IMG/VR virus record: IMGVR_UViG_3300025773_000001
Reading direction: 5' to 3' (one strand)
DNA length: 64,000 bases
Source of the DNA: an uncultured virus (IMG/VR IMGVR_UViG_3300025773_000001)
Lineage: Duplodnaviria > Heunggongvirae > Uroviricota > Caudoviricetes
In this document: positions 46,830-56,378 of the stretch, in pieces
Numbering within the stretch: the first letter of the stretch is position 1
Layout: every line of letters begins with the position of its first letter
The notes under the pieces: model-generated
What the model was told of the DNA's origin: nothing
The model's input: only the letters and a program-made list of their open reading frames with translations
Database searches by the model: none
Position numbers and translations under genes: made by a program

Positions 46830-49457
46830 ATGGCTACTAATATAGACAAATCACTTTACTCTGACATGCAGGGCACAGATCCAAGTCATGTTGACGAACC
46901 AATTGAGATTGAAGTTGTTGATCCAGAGGCGGTCAAGATTCATGCAGGGGACTTGGAGATGGAGATCAAGCCAGACGGCGAAGGCAATGATTTCTATAAA
47001 AATTTAGCAGAAGAAATTCCAGAGTCTGTCATGGGATCTTTAGCCAACGATTTGGCAAACGATATTGAGAATGATAAAAATTCCCGCAAAGAATGGGAGA
47101 AAGCATATGTAATGGGGCTCAAGCTTTTGGGACTCCAATACGAAGAGAGAACGGAGCCTTGGAACGGAGCATCAGGTGTCTTCCACCCAATGATTACTGA
47201 AGCCGTAGTGCGATTCCAAAGTGAAACGATCACCGAGATGTTTCCCGCCCAAGGCCCCGTTCGCACTAAGATATTAGGTAAAGAAACGCCAGCCAAGAAA
47301 GAATCTGCCATCCGGGTTGAGGATGACATGAACTACGAGTTGACTGAGGTGATGGTGGAGTTTAGACCCGAACATGAGCGCATGTTGTGGTCCCTTCCAG
47401 CAACCGGTTCAGCGTTCAAAAAAGTGTATGATGACATCACTTTAGGGCGCCAAACATCTATGTTTGTACCTGCGGAAGATATGATTTTGCCTTACGGTAC
47501 GACCGATATGGACACTTGCTACCGCATGACGCACGTGATGCGCAAGACTAAGAATGAAATTTTAAAATTGCAAAAGGCGGGTTTTTACCTAGATTTTGAA
47601 TTACCTGACGCTACGCAGTTAAGAGATGAGATTCAAAAAGCCAAAGATCAAGAAACTGGATTCAACGATTTAAACGATGATCGTTATGTTATTTATGAAG
47701 TTCACGCTGACTTAGATTTAAAAGGCTATGAAGATGTAAACGACAAAGGTGAAGAAACTGGCATTGCACTTCCATATGTGGTAACCTTAATCAAAGGTAG
47801 TAATAACGTACTGTCCGTACGCCGCAACTGGAAGGAAGATGATGAAAACAGACTTAAGCGACAACACTTTGTCCACTACCAATACATCCCAGGATTTGGA
47901 GCCTATGGCTTCGGACTCTTCCATCTTATCGGTGGCTTCGCAAAATCCGCCACCTCGATTATGCGTCAACTGGTCGACGCAGGAACTTTATCTAACCTCC
48001 CCGGAGGACTTAAATCGCGTGGCCTTCGCATTAAAGGTGATGACACGCCCATTGCACCAGGAGAATTCCGCGACGTTGATATTGCGTCGGGTCCGCTAAG
48101 AGATAACATTTTACCGCTCCCATATAAGGAGCCTAGTGCAGTTTTAGCCGGATTATTAGACAAAATTGTCGAAGAGGGGCGTAGATTTGCCGCTACTGCA
48201 GATATGCAAATTAGCGACATGTCCAGCCAAGCACCTGTTGGCACAACGCTCGCTTTGTTAGAAAGACAACTTAAAGTTATGTCGGCTGTTCAAGCCCGCA
48301 TGCACTACACATTCAAACAAGAATTAAAACTTCTTGCCGCGCTAATTAAAGAAGACACACCTGTTAACTACGAGTATGAGCCTGAGTACGGGTCTAAAAC
48401 AGCTAAACAAGATGATTACGACAACGTAGACATTATCCCTGTCAGCGACCCCAATGCAGCGACTATGTCGCAACGTGTTGTTCAGTACCAAGCTGTGATT
48501 CAAATGGCACAGATGGCGCCTGATATTTACGATTTGCCAGAGTTGCACAGACGCATGCTTGAAGTAATGGGCATCAAGGGTGCGGACAAACTCGTACCTT
48601 TACCAGACGACATTAAGCCAAGCAATCCAGTATCTGAGAACATCTCCATACTTAAGATGGAGCCGGTTAAAGCGTTTGAGTATCAAGATCACGAGTCACA
48701 TATTAAAGTGCACATGGCTGCTATGCAGGATCCACTGATTATGCAGTTGATAGGTCAGAATCCCAATGCACCTAAGATTCAAGGCGCGATGACGGCGCAC
48801 ATTGCTGAACACGTTGGTTTAGAGTACAAGAAACGTATTGAAGCGCAAATGGGCATGGCGATTCCTCCAAATGACGAAGACCACAAGATTTCTCCACAGG
48901 TCGAGTATCAGATGTCACAAGCCATGGCGCAAGCAGCTCAAGCGGTTCTTCAACAACATCAACAGCAGGCTCAACAACAGCAGGCTCAACAGCAACAACA
49001 AGATCCGATGTTTCAGTTACAACAGCAAGAATTGCAGATTCGTCAAAAAGAAGTTGACATTAAAGCGCAAGAAGTACAGGCTAAAGCAGCTCAGGCGCAG
49101 GCCAACACGCAGCTTAAAGCCGAGGAGTTTAAAGCACGTCAAGACATGGAAGGGCAGAAAATACAAGTTAACGCAATGGAGAAAGCGGGTCGTCTGCACA
49201 TGGACGATAAACGCATCCAAGTTGACGCAATGCACAAGGCAGGAATGCTCCATACTGACAATAAGCGTATTCAAATTGACGCGCTCAACAAGGCTGGGCA
49301 ATTCCAAGAAAAACGTAAAGATCGTGCGGCGGACTTGTACAAACACAAAAAAGGACTGGACCACTCTGGCTATGAGAGCGACGTCCAGCGTATGCACGAA
49401 CAAGAGATGCAAGCTAATCAGCCTACCCCACAACCCAAGGAGAAACCAACTAAATGA
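46830..49457 (+). CDS. portal protein with long Gln-rich coiled-coil C-terminus
   Basis: Follows TerL; GSAFKKVY, GFYGFGL-like and PVGTTLALLE motifs. Confidence 0.85.
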   Translation: MATNIDKSLYSDMQGTDPSHVDEPIEIEVVDPEAVKIHAGDLEMEIKPDGEGNDFYKNLAEEIPESVMGSLANDLANDIENDKNSRKEWEKAYVMGLKLLGLQYEERTEPWNGASGVFHPMITEAVVRFQSETITEMFPAQGPVRTKILGKETPAKKESAIRVEDDMNYELTEVMVEFRPEHERMLWSLPATGSAFKKVYDDITLGRQTSMFVPAEDMILPYGTTDMDTCYRMTHVMRKTKNEILKLQKAGFYLDFELPDATQLRDEIQKAKDQETGFNDLNDDRYVIYEVHADLDLKGYEDVNDKGEETGIALPYVVTLIKGSNNVLSVRRNWKEDDENRLKRQHFVHYQYIPGFGAYGFGLFHLIGGFAKSATSIMRQLVDAGTLSNLPGGLKSRGLRIKGDDTPIAPGEFRDVDIASGPLRDNILPLPYKEPSAVLAGLLDKIVEEGRRFAATADMQISDMSSQAPVGTTLALLERQLKVMSAVQARMHYTFKQELKLLAALIKEDTPVNYEYEPEYGSKTAKQDDYDNVDIIPVSDPNAATMSQRVVQYQAVIQMAQMAPDIYDLPELHRRMLEVMGIKGADKLVPLPDDIKPSNPVSENISILKMEPVKAFEYQDHESHIKVHMAAMQDPLIMQLIGQNPNAPKIQGAMTAHIAEHVGLEYKKRIEAQMGMAIPPNDEDHKISPQVEYQMSQAMAQAAQAVLQQHQQQAQQQQAQQQQQDPMFQLQQQELQIRQKEVDIKAQEVQAKAAQAQANTQLKAEEFKARQDMEGQKIQVNAMEKAGRLHMDDKRIQVDAMHKAGMLHTDNKRIQIDALNKAGQFQEKRKDRAADLYKHKKGLDHSGYESDVQRMHEQEMQANQPTPQPKEKPTK

Positions 49458-49648
49458 TAGTCAATTTCGCAGGCGCGCTGCGCAAACAATTACGCGACCA
49501 AATGAACAATTACGCTGACGACTTAGCAACAGGTCAGTGCACCACTTTTGATCAATATCAAAAACTTTGCGGGGTGATTTCGGGTCTAGCCATCGCAGAG
49601 GGTTTATTACTTGACCTGCTAGAAAAGGTAGAAAAACAAGATGAGTGA
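49454..49648 (+). CDS. small head-module protein
   Basis: YQKLCGVISGL motif; coupled to the portal gene. Confidence 0.7.
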   Translation: MIVNFAGALRKQLRDQMNNYADDLATGQCTTFDQYQKLCGVISGLAIAEGLLLDLLEKVEKQDE

Positions 49649-50078
49649 ACTCATACTCCCTGAGCGGTTAAAGCTCAAACCAACGGTCGAGGTAATTGAA
49701 CAAATTACCAAACCGCCAGAGAAAGACGAGGATAAAGCAACACTGCTTCCTAGCCCATCCGGGTATCGGTTGCTTTGTAGCGTACCCCAAGTTTCTAAAA
49801 AAATTGACGGTACTGAGCTAGACCTTGAGCGTCCAGACTTCTACGCCAAACAAGAAGAACATGCAACCACCGTGTTGTTTGTTTTAAAAGTTGGGCCAGA
49901 TGCGTACGCAGACAAGAACAAGTTTCCTAGTGGACCTTGGTGTAAGGAAGGTGATTTCATTATGGTACGTACCTATGCAGGTACGCGTTTTAAGATTTAC
50001 GGCAATGAATTCCGGTTCATCAATGATGATCAGGTTGACGGCGTTGTAGATGATCCCCGTGGCATAACCCGCGCATAA
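49641..50078 (+). CDS. groES: GroES/Cpn10-like co-chaperonin
   Basis: P.GYRLL, VLKVGPDAY, CKEGDFI..YAGT and FINDDQVDGVV motifs. Confidence 0.8.
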   Translation: MSELILPERLKLKPTVEVIEQITKPPEKDEDKATLLPSPSGYRLLCSVPQVSKKIDGTELDLERPDFYAKQEEHATTVLFVLKVGPDAYADKNKFPSGPWCKEGDFIMVRTYAGTRFKIYGNEFRFINDDQVDGVVDDPRGITRA

Positions 50079-50088
50079 AGGAAAAACA

Positions 50089-51054
50089 ATGGCAGAATTT
50101 AAAGGCGAGGAATTCAAATTTCCTGACGAAATTGAAGACAAGGGTAAACCCTTAGAGACAAACAATGACGACGATTTTGAAATTGAAGTTGTTGATGACA
50201 CACCTCCTGCGGATCGTGGGCGCAGGCCACTAGACCGTGAGGTAGAGGACCCCACTGATGAAGAAATTAATCAGTACACCAAGGGTGCCCAAGAAAGAAT
50301 TAAAGAACTCACCCATGCAAGGCACGACGAAAGACGTGCTAAAGAAGCTATGGCGCGAGAGAAAGCAGAGCTAGAAAGAATAGCTCAGCAAATGCTTGAG
50401 GAAAACAAACGCCTCAAACAATACGTCAACACGGGCACAGAGCAGTACACGGCTATGGCTAAAACTGCAGCGGAAGCAGAGCTTGATAAAGCCAGGCGTG
50501 ACTACAAAGCAGCGCAAGAAGCATTTGACACAGATGCCATTATTGCTGCCCAGGAGGCGTTGACAGTTGCTAAACTTCGTTCAGAAGAAGCAAAAAATTT
50601 CAAAACGACCCCTTTACAAGAAGATAGAAATGATGTATATTCAGCTCCACAACAGGTCCAACAACCTTACCGCGATGAAAAGCTCTTGCGCTGGCAAGCC
50701 AAAAACCAGTGGTACGGTCAACCAGGATTCGAAGATATAACCAGTTACGCACTAGGACTGCATCAAAAACTAGTGAATTCGGGGGTAGACCCACGTACTG
50801 ATCAGTACTATGAGGCCATTGATTCCCGCATCAAAAAGACCTTTCCAGATATGTTTGGACAGGCTACGGCAGAAACTACGCCGCCTGCTGATCCTCCAAA
50901 AAAGACGCCGTCTGTCACCGCACCTGCAAGTCGTTCTTCTGGAACAAAGAAGATACAACTGACTACGACCCAGCTTGCGCTGGCGAAGAAGTTCAAAATG
51001 GACCCCAAAGTGTATGCAGCTGAAGTTTTAAAATTGGAGAAATTAAATGGCTAA
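50089..51054 (+). CDS. scaffolding protein (putative)
   Basis: Acidic N-terminus, long coiled coil, located between portal and capsid genes. Confidence 0.7.
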   Translation: MAEFKGEEFKFPDEIEDKGKPLETNNDDDFEIEVVDDTPPADRGRRPLDREVEDPTDEEINQYTKGAQERIKELTHARHDERRAKEAMAREKAELERIAQQMLEENKRLKQYVNTGTEQYTAMAKTAAEAELDKARRDYKAAQEAFDTDAIIAAQEALTVAKLRSEEAKNFKTTPLQEDRNDVYSAPQQVQQPYRDEKLLRWQAKNQWYGQPGFEDITSYALGLHQKLVNSGVDPRTDQYYEAIDSRIKKTFPDMFGQATAETTPPADPPKKTPSVTAPASRSSGTKKIQLTTTQLALAKKFKMDPKVYAAEVLKLEKLNG

Positions 51055-51505
51055 TAGTAATACCCGTACCCCCCGTGACTTAGAAACACGCACACAAGAG
51101 GCTCGATATGTGTACACACCATCGAGTAAGTTGCCCGATCCAACACCCATACCAGGTATGTCTTTCCGCTGGATTGCTACCCATGTAATGAGTATTGCGG
51201 ACCCCACCAATGTGTCTAGAAAACGCAGAGATGGCTGGGAGCCGGTCAAGGCAGCAGACCATCCAGAACTGATGTTGGAAGGAAACGCCAGCGGCAACGT
51301 GGAGATTGGAGGCCTCATGCTTTGCAAGATGCCAACAGAACGCGTTAAAGCCATGGACGAGTACTACCAAAACCAAAACAGAGCTCAGATGGATTCCGTA
51401 GACAACAATTTCTTGAAAAACCAAGACCCACGCATGGCGACTTTGTTCTCCGAAAGGCAGTCAACAAGCTCAAGAGGCGGAAGTTTTGGAGCTGGTATTA
51501 AATAA
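51047..51505 (+). CDS. conserved head-module protein
   Basis: FRWI, RDGWEPV and GGLMLCKMP motifs. Confidence 0.7.
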   Translation: MANSNTRTPRDLETRTQEARYVYTPSSKLPDPTPIPGMSFRWIATHVMSIADPTNVSRKRRDGWEPVKAADHPELMLEGNASGNVEIGGLMLCKMPTERVKAMDEYYQNQNRAQMDSVDNNFLKNQDPRMATLFSERQSTSSRGGSFGAGIK

Positions 51506-51521
51506 ACTTAGGAGTTTTTAA

Positions 51522-52421
51522 ATGGCATATCCTATCGTTCCTGCAGCTTACGGTCTAAAGCCTGTAAGCCTGTCTGGTGGTAGAGTGTTTTCTGGTTCTA
51601 CCAGACTCATCCCTATCGCTTCTGGCTATGGCTACAACATGTTTGACGGCGATGTCGTTACAGCAAGTGGTGGTTCATTAGTCGTCACAACTCTTGGCGC
51701 GGCGTCTTCACCTGTTGCTGGTACTATCGGTGTTTTTGTTGGCGCTCAATACGTCAACTCAATGAGCCAGACAGTCCGTGCACAGTTCTATGCAGCTAAC
51801 ACAATCACTAACACAATCTATGGACCTAACAGTCTGCAAGGTTATGTTGTGGATGATCCTTATGCTGTATTCCAAGCAGCTGTGCTCACACAAGGTACAT
51901 CTTCTGTATCTAACACACCCGGCGCTACTATCGGTTATGTAAACCCATCTTTCATTGGGTCTAACATGTACTTGGTAACTAACGGTTCTAACGGTGGTTC
52001 AGCTTCTGGTAATACTACAACTGGCGACTCAGCAATGGGCTTGACCGGTGGTGTTGTTACTTCTGGCACACAAGGTAACACACGTGTTACTTCTTCAGCA
52101 CCTTTCCGTGTTGTTAACGTTGTTCCAGATACAGCAGTTACTGTTACTGCAGTTGGTTCTACATCTGGTTCCAGCACAACTCTTACTTTGACTGCCGCTA
52201 ATACAGCGATCAGCCCCGGTATGCAGTTGATTGTTCCAGGTGTTACTGGCGCACTCGCAAGCAACTTCTTAACTGTAACTAACGTAAGCTCAACAACTGT
52301 TACTTTGTCTGCAGCAGTTACTATTGCAAGCGGTACAGCACTGTCTTTCGTCGGTTACCCAGAAGTTCAAGTACAGTGGAACTTCGGTTACCACGGTTAC
52401 TTAAACGCAACAGCAGCTTAA
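51522..52421 (+). CDS. capsid decoration/minor head protein
   Basis: YGLKPV N-terminus; Thr/Ser-rich; directly upstream of MCP. Confidence 0.65.
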   Translation: MAYPIVPAAYGLKPVSLSGGRVFSGSTRLIPIASGYGYNMFDGDVVTASGGSLVVTTLGAASSPVAGTIGVFVGAQYVNSMSQTVRAQFYAANTITNTIYGPNSLQGYVVDDPYAVFQAAVLTQGTSSVSNTPGATIGYVNPSFIGSNMYLVTNGSNGGSASGNTTTGDSAMGLTGGVVTSGTQGNTRVTSSAPFRVVNVVPDTAVTVTAVGSTSGSSTTLTLTAANTAISPGMQLIVPGVTGALASNFLTVTNVSSTTVTLSAAVTIASGTALSFVGYPEVQVQWNFGYHGYLNATAA

Positions 52422-52436
52422 TCAAGGAGCACATAA

Positions 52437-53339
52437 ATGGCTATTTCACGCGCACAACTATTGAAGGAATTGCTCCCAGGATTGAACGCACTGTTCGGAC
52501 TTGAGTACGCAAGATACGGCGAAGAGCACAAAGAAATCTACGAAACAGAGACTTCTGAGCGTTCATTCGAAGAAGAGACAAAACTGTCAGGTTTCTCTGC
52601 AGCACCAGTCAAGAACGAGGGCTCAGCTCTTGCTTATGACAATGCTCAGGAAGCTTGGACAGCTCGCTACAACCACGAGACAATCGCTCTTGGCTTCTCA
52701 ATCACCGAAGAGGCGATTGAAGATAACTTGTATGACTCTTTGTCAGCACGTTATACCAAGGCTCTTGCTCGCGCTATGGCTTACACCAAGCAGGTTAAAG
52801 CAGCTTCAGTTTTGAACAACGGTTATAACGCTGCCTACACTGGCGGTGACGGACAAGCTCTGTTCTCTACAGCTCACCCATTAGTCAATGGCGGTACAAA
52901 CGCCAACACATTCACAACTCCTTCCGATTTGAACGAGACTTCCTTAGAAGCCGCCGTTATCCAGATCGCTGCTTGGACAGACGAGCGTGGACTTTTGATC
53001 GCTGCTAAGCCTAAGAAACTTATTGTTCCCCCATCATTAATGTTCGTTGCAACTCGTCTCCTCGAGACAGAATTGCGCGTTGGTACAAACAACAACGACA
53101 TTAACGCGATCAAGAACAACGGAGCTATTCCTGAAGGCTACACCGTTAACCACTTCTTGACATCAACCAACACATGGTTCCTGACAACTGACGTGCCAAA
53201 CGGTCTTAAGCACTTCGAGCGTATTCCACTACAAAATTCCATGGATGGTGATTTTGATACGGGGAACGTGCGTTACAAATCTAGAGAGCGTTACAGCTTC
53301 GGTTGGAGCGATCCATTAGGTATCTTTAGTTCATATTAA
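52437..53339 (+). CDS. major capsid protein
   Basis: 300 aa; strong SD; biased codon usage; TEEAIEDNLY, PKKLIVPP and WFL motifs; followed by a terminator. Confidence 0.9.
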   Translation: MAISRAQLLKELLPGLNALFGLEYARYGEEHKEIYETETSERSFEEETKLSGFSAAPVKNEGSALAYDNAQEAWTARYNHETIALGFSITEEAIEDNLYDSLSARYTKALARAMAYTKQVKAASVLNNGYNAAYTGGDGQALFSTAHPLVNGGTNANTFTTPSDLNETSLEAAVIQIAAWTDERGLLIAAKPKKLIVPPSLMFVATRLLETELRVGTNNNDINAIKNNGAIPEGYTVNHFLTSTNTWFLTTDVPNGLKHFERIPLQNSMDGDFDTGNVRYKSRERYSFGWSDPLGIFSSY

Positions 53340-53367
53340 ACTACTATTTAAAACTTTTAGTTTAATT

Positions 53368-53393
53368 AAAGGCCCCCACAAGGGGCCTTTTTT
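53368..53393 (+). terminator. intrinsic terminator after MCP
   Basis: AAAGGCCCC-CACAA-GGGGCCTTTTTT. Confidence 0.85.
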
Positions 53394-53436
53394 ATTTCCC
53401 GTATCAAAGGCACAATCTAACAACTTAGAAAAACAT

Positions 53437-53465
53437 TTGCAAATCCTCGTCCATTGTGGTACACT
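53437..53465 (+). promoter_or_regulatory. sigma70-type promoter for the endonuclease
   Basis: TTGCAA-17 nt-TACACT with a TG extension. Confidence 0.6.
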
Positions 53466-53489
53466 TGAGTCTTTCATAAGGAGTCAAGT

Positions 53490-54230
53490 ATGTTTTATGT
53501 TTATGTGTATCGTGATCCAAGAGCTACCAAACATCAACAACCGGTCTACGTAGGTAAAGGGACAGGCGACAGAGATTTGTCCCATTGGTCTAGGGGGTCT
53601 CACAATAAGCCTTTGCAAGATTTTTTATCGCATCTTCGCGGTTTAAATTTAACACCAATATGTGATCGAGTTTTTGAGACCCCGGATGAGCAAGCAGCTT
53701 TTGTTAAAGAAATTGAACTTATAAAACTTTACGGACGCAGAGACTTAAAACAAGGTCCACTGTTTAATTTAACGGATGGTGGTGAAGGTCCGACAGGGCA
53801 TGTTAGAACTGATGAACAAAAAGCCAACGATGGGCGTTTTACCAAAGAACATTGGCAAGATCCAGAATACCGCGCCAAAGTAGTAGCCGGGCAAATCAAA
53901 GCGCAAAACACTCCAGAAGCCCTTGAAACCAAGTCAGTTAACTCTAAAAAACTTTGGGCAGCCCAAGGTGACACCTTAGCTAAAAGCATCAAGGAAGCGC
54001 GTAATACAGAAGAATCTAAAGCTAAAACAAGCGCTCAAGCAAAAGCGCAGTGGGCTGACCCAGAATACGCGGCTAAACAAACCGCCAACAATAAAGAGAT
54101 TGCTAACCGTGAAGAAGTCAAAGCTGCTAAGAAAGCTGCGGCTAAAGCGCTATGGGCTGACCCTGTGTGGAAAGCTAAAATGATGGAAGCAAGAAAAAAG
54201 AAAAAACTTGTTGACACACCCCAAAATTAG
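53490..54230 (+). CDS. free-standing GIY-YIG-like (homing) endonuclease with W.DPEY repeats
   Basis: FYVYVYRDP...VYVGKG, E..LI..YGR and LFNLTDGGEG motifs; C-terminal WQDPEY/WADPEY/WADPVW repeats. Confidence 0.75.
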   Translation: MFYVYVYRDPRATKHQQPVYVGKGTGDRDLSHWSRGSHNKPLQDFLSHLRGLNLTPICDRVFETPDEQAAFVKEIELIKLYGRRDLKQGPLFNLTDGGEGPTGHVRTDEQKANDGRFTKEHWQDPEYRAKVVAGQIKAQNTPEALETKSVNSKKLWAAQGDTLAKSIKEARNTEESKAKTSAQAKAQWADPEYAAKQTANNKEIANREEVKAAKKAAAKALWADPVWKAKMMEARKKKKLVDTPQN

Positions 54231-54238
54231 TGTATATT
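54211..54238 (+). promoter_or_regulatory. sigma70-type promoter
   Basis: TTGACA-16 nt-TATATT. Confidence 0.55.
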
Positions 54239-54320
54239 AGTGGCATCTGGGAATTCACTCTTGTTGCCACTGGCCCAGCAGACGATGCAACGATTAACAA
54301 GAGGCTTTTGCATAAGGACT
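54239..54320 (+). ncRNA. candidate structured leader RNA
   Basis: Four complementary pairs of 5-8 bp, crossing; see findings. Confidence 0.4.
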
Positions 54321-54327
54321 AAAAATC

Positions 54328-55047
54328 ATGGGACGCAGTACATTTGAAGGACCAATCATATCGGGCGACAACCGTTTTGGCGCTTTGCGCGATATTGGTT
54401 ACACAGTTTTAGAGCAAGACTGCTACATTGATCTCTCCAACACTACTGTTGGTACTGCTGGTTACAGCGGTGGATCTGGTCAATTTGTTTGGGGTAACAA
54501 CATCCCTAACTTGAACGGCACTGTTTATACTCCTTCTAGCACATACAGTGCTAACGGTCCAACGACTCAAACAATCCCTGCGGACGCGTCTACACAGGTG
54601 TATCGTGGCGTGGTAATGTATTTACCAATTAATAGCCAGATTCTCGACATCATTGTTGACTATCCTTTGGCAATTACTGGTGAGTCCGGCGCAACACTTT
54701 CTAACACAAGCGTGTTTGTTTCTAACGGCTATACAGCTGCAGCAGGCACACCTGCTTACGCAACAGCGGTTATTTCTTCAAGCACAGGCGTTGGAACTGC
54801 TGGTCGTTTGACAACAACATACACAGGTACTAACTTGTTGAACATGTTGGCTACTACTTCTGACATTCAGAATCCAACACTCGGTGCTAACCCATCGTTT
54901 TTGTCTCAGATAGTATTCACGTTGTCTATCACTGGTACAAGCGTTGCAGCTCCTACTGGCGGTAAGTTGAACTTTATTGTTCGCTACGCTCAGAATGACA
55001 ACAACATTGGTACTTTGACAACTTACCCATACGGTAACTTAGATTAA
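54328..55047 (+). CDS. virion structural protein
   Basis: STFEGPI N-terminus, LP.NSQI.DI motif, Thr/Gly-rich. Confidence 0.7.
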   Translation: MGRSTFEGPIISGDNRFGALRDIGYTVLEQDCYIDLSNTTVGTAGYSGGSGQFVWGNNIPNLNGTVYTPSSTYSANGPTTQTIPADASTQVYRGVVMYLPINSQILDIIVDYPLAITGESGATLSNTSVFVSNGYTAAAGTPAYATAVISSSTGVGTAGRLTTTYTGTNLLNMLATTSDIQNPTLGANPSFLSQIVFTLSITGTSVAAPTGGKLNFIVRYAQNDNNIGTLTTYPYGNLD

Positions 55048-55052
55048 TCCCC

Positions 55053-55076
55053 TGGGGGCTTCGGCCCCCATTTCTT
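55053..55076 (+). terminator. intrinsic terminator
   Basis: TGGGGGC-TTCG-GCCCCCA-TTTCTT. Confidence 0.75.
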
Positions 55077-55093
55077 AATTTAAGGAGCTTAAT

Positions 55094-55870
55094 ATGGCAA
55101 ACCAAAGCCCAAATGGTACTCCAAGTACCAATAACCAGTTCAATTCCATTACGCGTCAAGCGAGATACGAGCCTTTTGAGCTACAAGTTGCACGCGGTCA
55201 AATTTATGGTCATAGTGTTTTAAACATTTATGGTTATCAAACAGCGGTAGGTACATCGTTTGTGCCTGTGTGGGAAGGTAATACCTCCTATACTTTTCCG
55301 TCATCTGCTATTCAAATGCACCTTGTCAGCTCTGTTAACACAGGTGCTGATGCAACTTCGTTGATAACCATCAACGGCTTGGATGCGAATTACAACCAAA
55401 TTTCTGAGACTATCAAGCTAAACGGCACAACGGCTGTAACTACAGTAAAGTCTTATTTCCGTATCAACAGTATGTCGGTCGCTAGTGGTGCCCCTACTGG
55501 TAACATTACGCTAAAAGACACATCAGATACAACATTGTACGCAGAGATTGCAGCAGGCAACGGTCGAACTTTGATGGGCATTTACACCGTGCCCGCAGGA
55601 TACACGTTCTACTTGAGCCGTATTGACATCAATACCAGCTTGAACGCTAACCCCGCAGGTTTTGCAACATATCAGAACTATCAAACAAATAGTGCAGGGG
55701 TATCTAGCGTTACTGTTGTGGCTCCGTTTACAAACAACTACCATACACAGCGAGTAATGCCCAGGCTTGTTTCTGAGAAAACGGACATCCAATTGCAAGC
55801 AAAAGTTAGTACCGGTACTGCGGCTTTGACAGTTTCGCAAGAAGGTTACTTGATCGCTAACGGGAATTAA
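55094..55870 (+). CDS. virion structural protein
   Basis: LQVARGQI, GLDANY and YTVPAGYT motifs; beta-rich. Confidence 0.7.
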   Translation: MANQSPNGTPSTNNQFNSITRQARYEPFELQVARGQIYGHSVLNIYGYQTAVGTSFVPVWEGNTSYTFPSSAIQMHLVSSVNTGADATSLITINGLDANYNQISETIKLNGTTAVTTVKSYFRINSMSVASGAPTGNITLKDTSDTTLYAEIAAGNGRTLMGIYTVPAGYTFYLSRIDINTSLNANPAGFATYQNYQTNSAGVSSVTVVAPFTNNYHTQRVMPRLVSEKTDIQLQAKVSTGTAALTVSQEGYLIANGN

Positions 55871-55872
55871 TC

Positions 55873-56187
55873 ATGGCTAAATCTCCAGCTTGGCAACGCA
55901 AGGAGGGGAAGAACCCGAACGGGGGGCTAAACGCCAAGGGGCGGGCTTCTGCAAAGAAAGAAGGGCACAACCTAAAACCGCCTCAACCAGAGGGGGGATC
56001 AAGGAGAGACTCCTTTTGCGCAAGGATGAGTGGCATGAAGAAAAAGTTAACATCCTCGAAAACAGCGAGCGACCCAGACAGCCGGATTAATAAAAGTTTA
56101 AGAGCTTGGAATTGTGCAGAAGGTGGATATATAAAAACAGCAGATGGTATTGCTGAACGGGGTCATACTAAAGGAAAATTTATATAA
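55873..56187 (+). CDS. small basic head-associated protein
   Basis: GGLNAKGR, SFCARM and SLRAWNC motifs. Confidence 0.75.
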   Translation: MAKSPAWQRKEGKNPNGGLNAKGRASAKKEGHNLKPPQPEGGSRRDSFCARMSGMKKKLTSSKTASDPDSRINKSLRAWNCAEGGYIKTADGIAERGHTKGKFI

Positions 56188-56378
56188 TGGATACACATGA
56201 TGCAAAAACAATGACAGATGGAGCAGCCGTAGTTATAGGACTGGGCGGTTTTATGTCATGGTTTCCACCTATTGTTGCATTGATTGGTGGTTTACTTACA
56301 ATTGTTTGGATGACCATCAGGATTTGGGAAACAGATACTGTTCAAAGATGGGTAAATAAAAATGCCAAGCAGCAGTAA
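56187..56378 (+). CDS. small membrane protein (holin-like)
   Basis: Hydrophobic core followed by RIWETDTV. Confidence 0.6.
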   Translation: MDTHDAKTMTDGAAVVIGLGGFMSWFPPIVALIGGLLTIVWMTIRIWETDTVQRWVNKNAKQQ

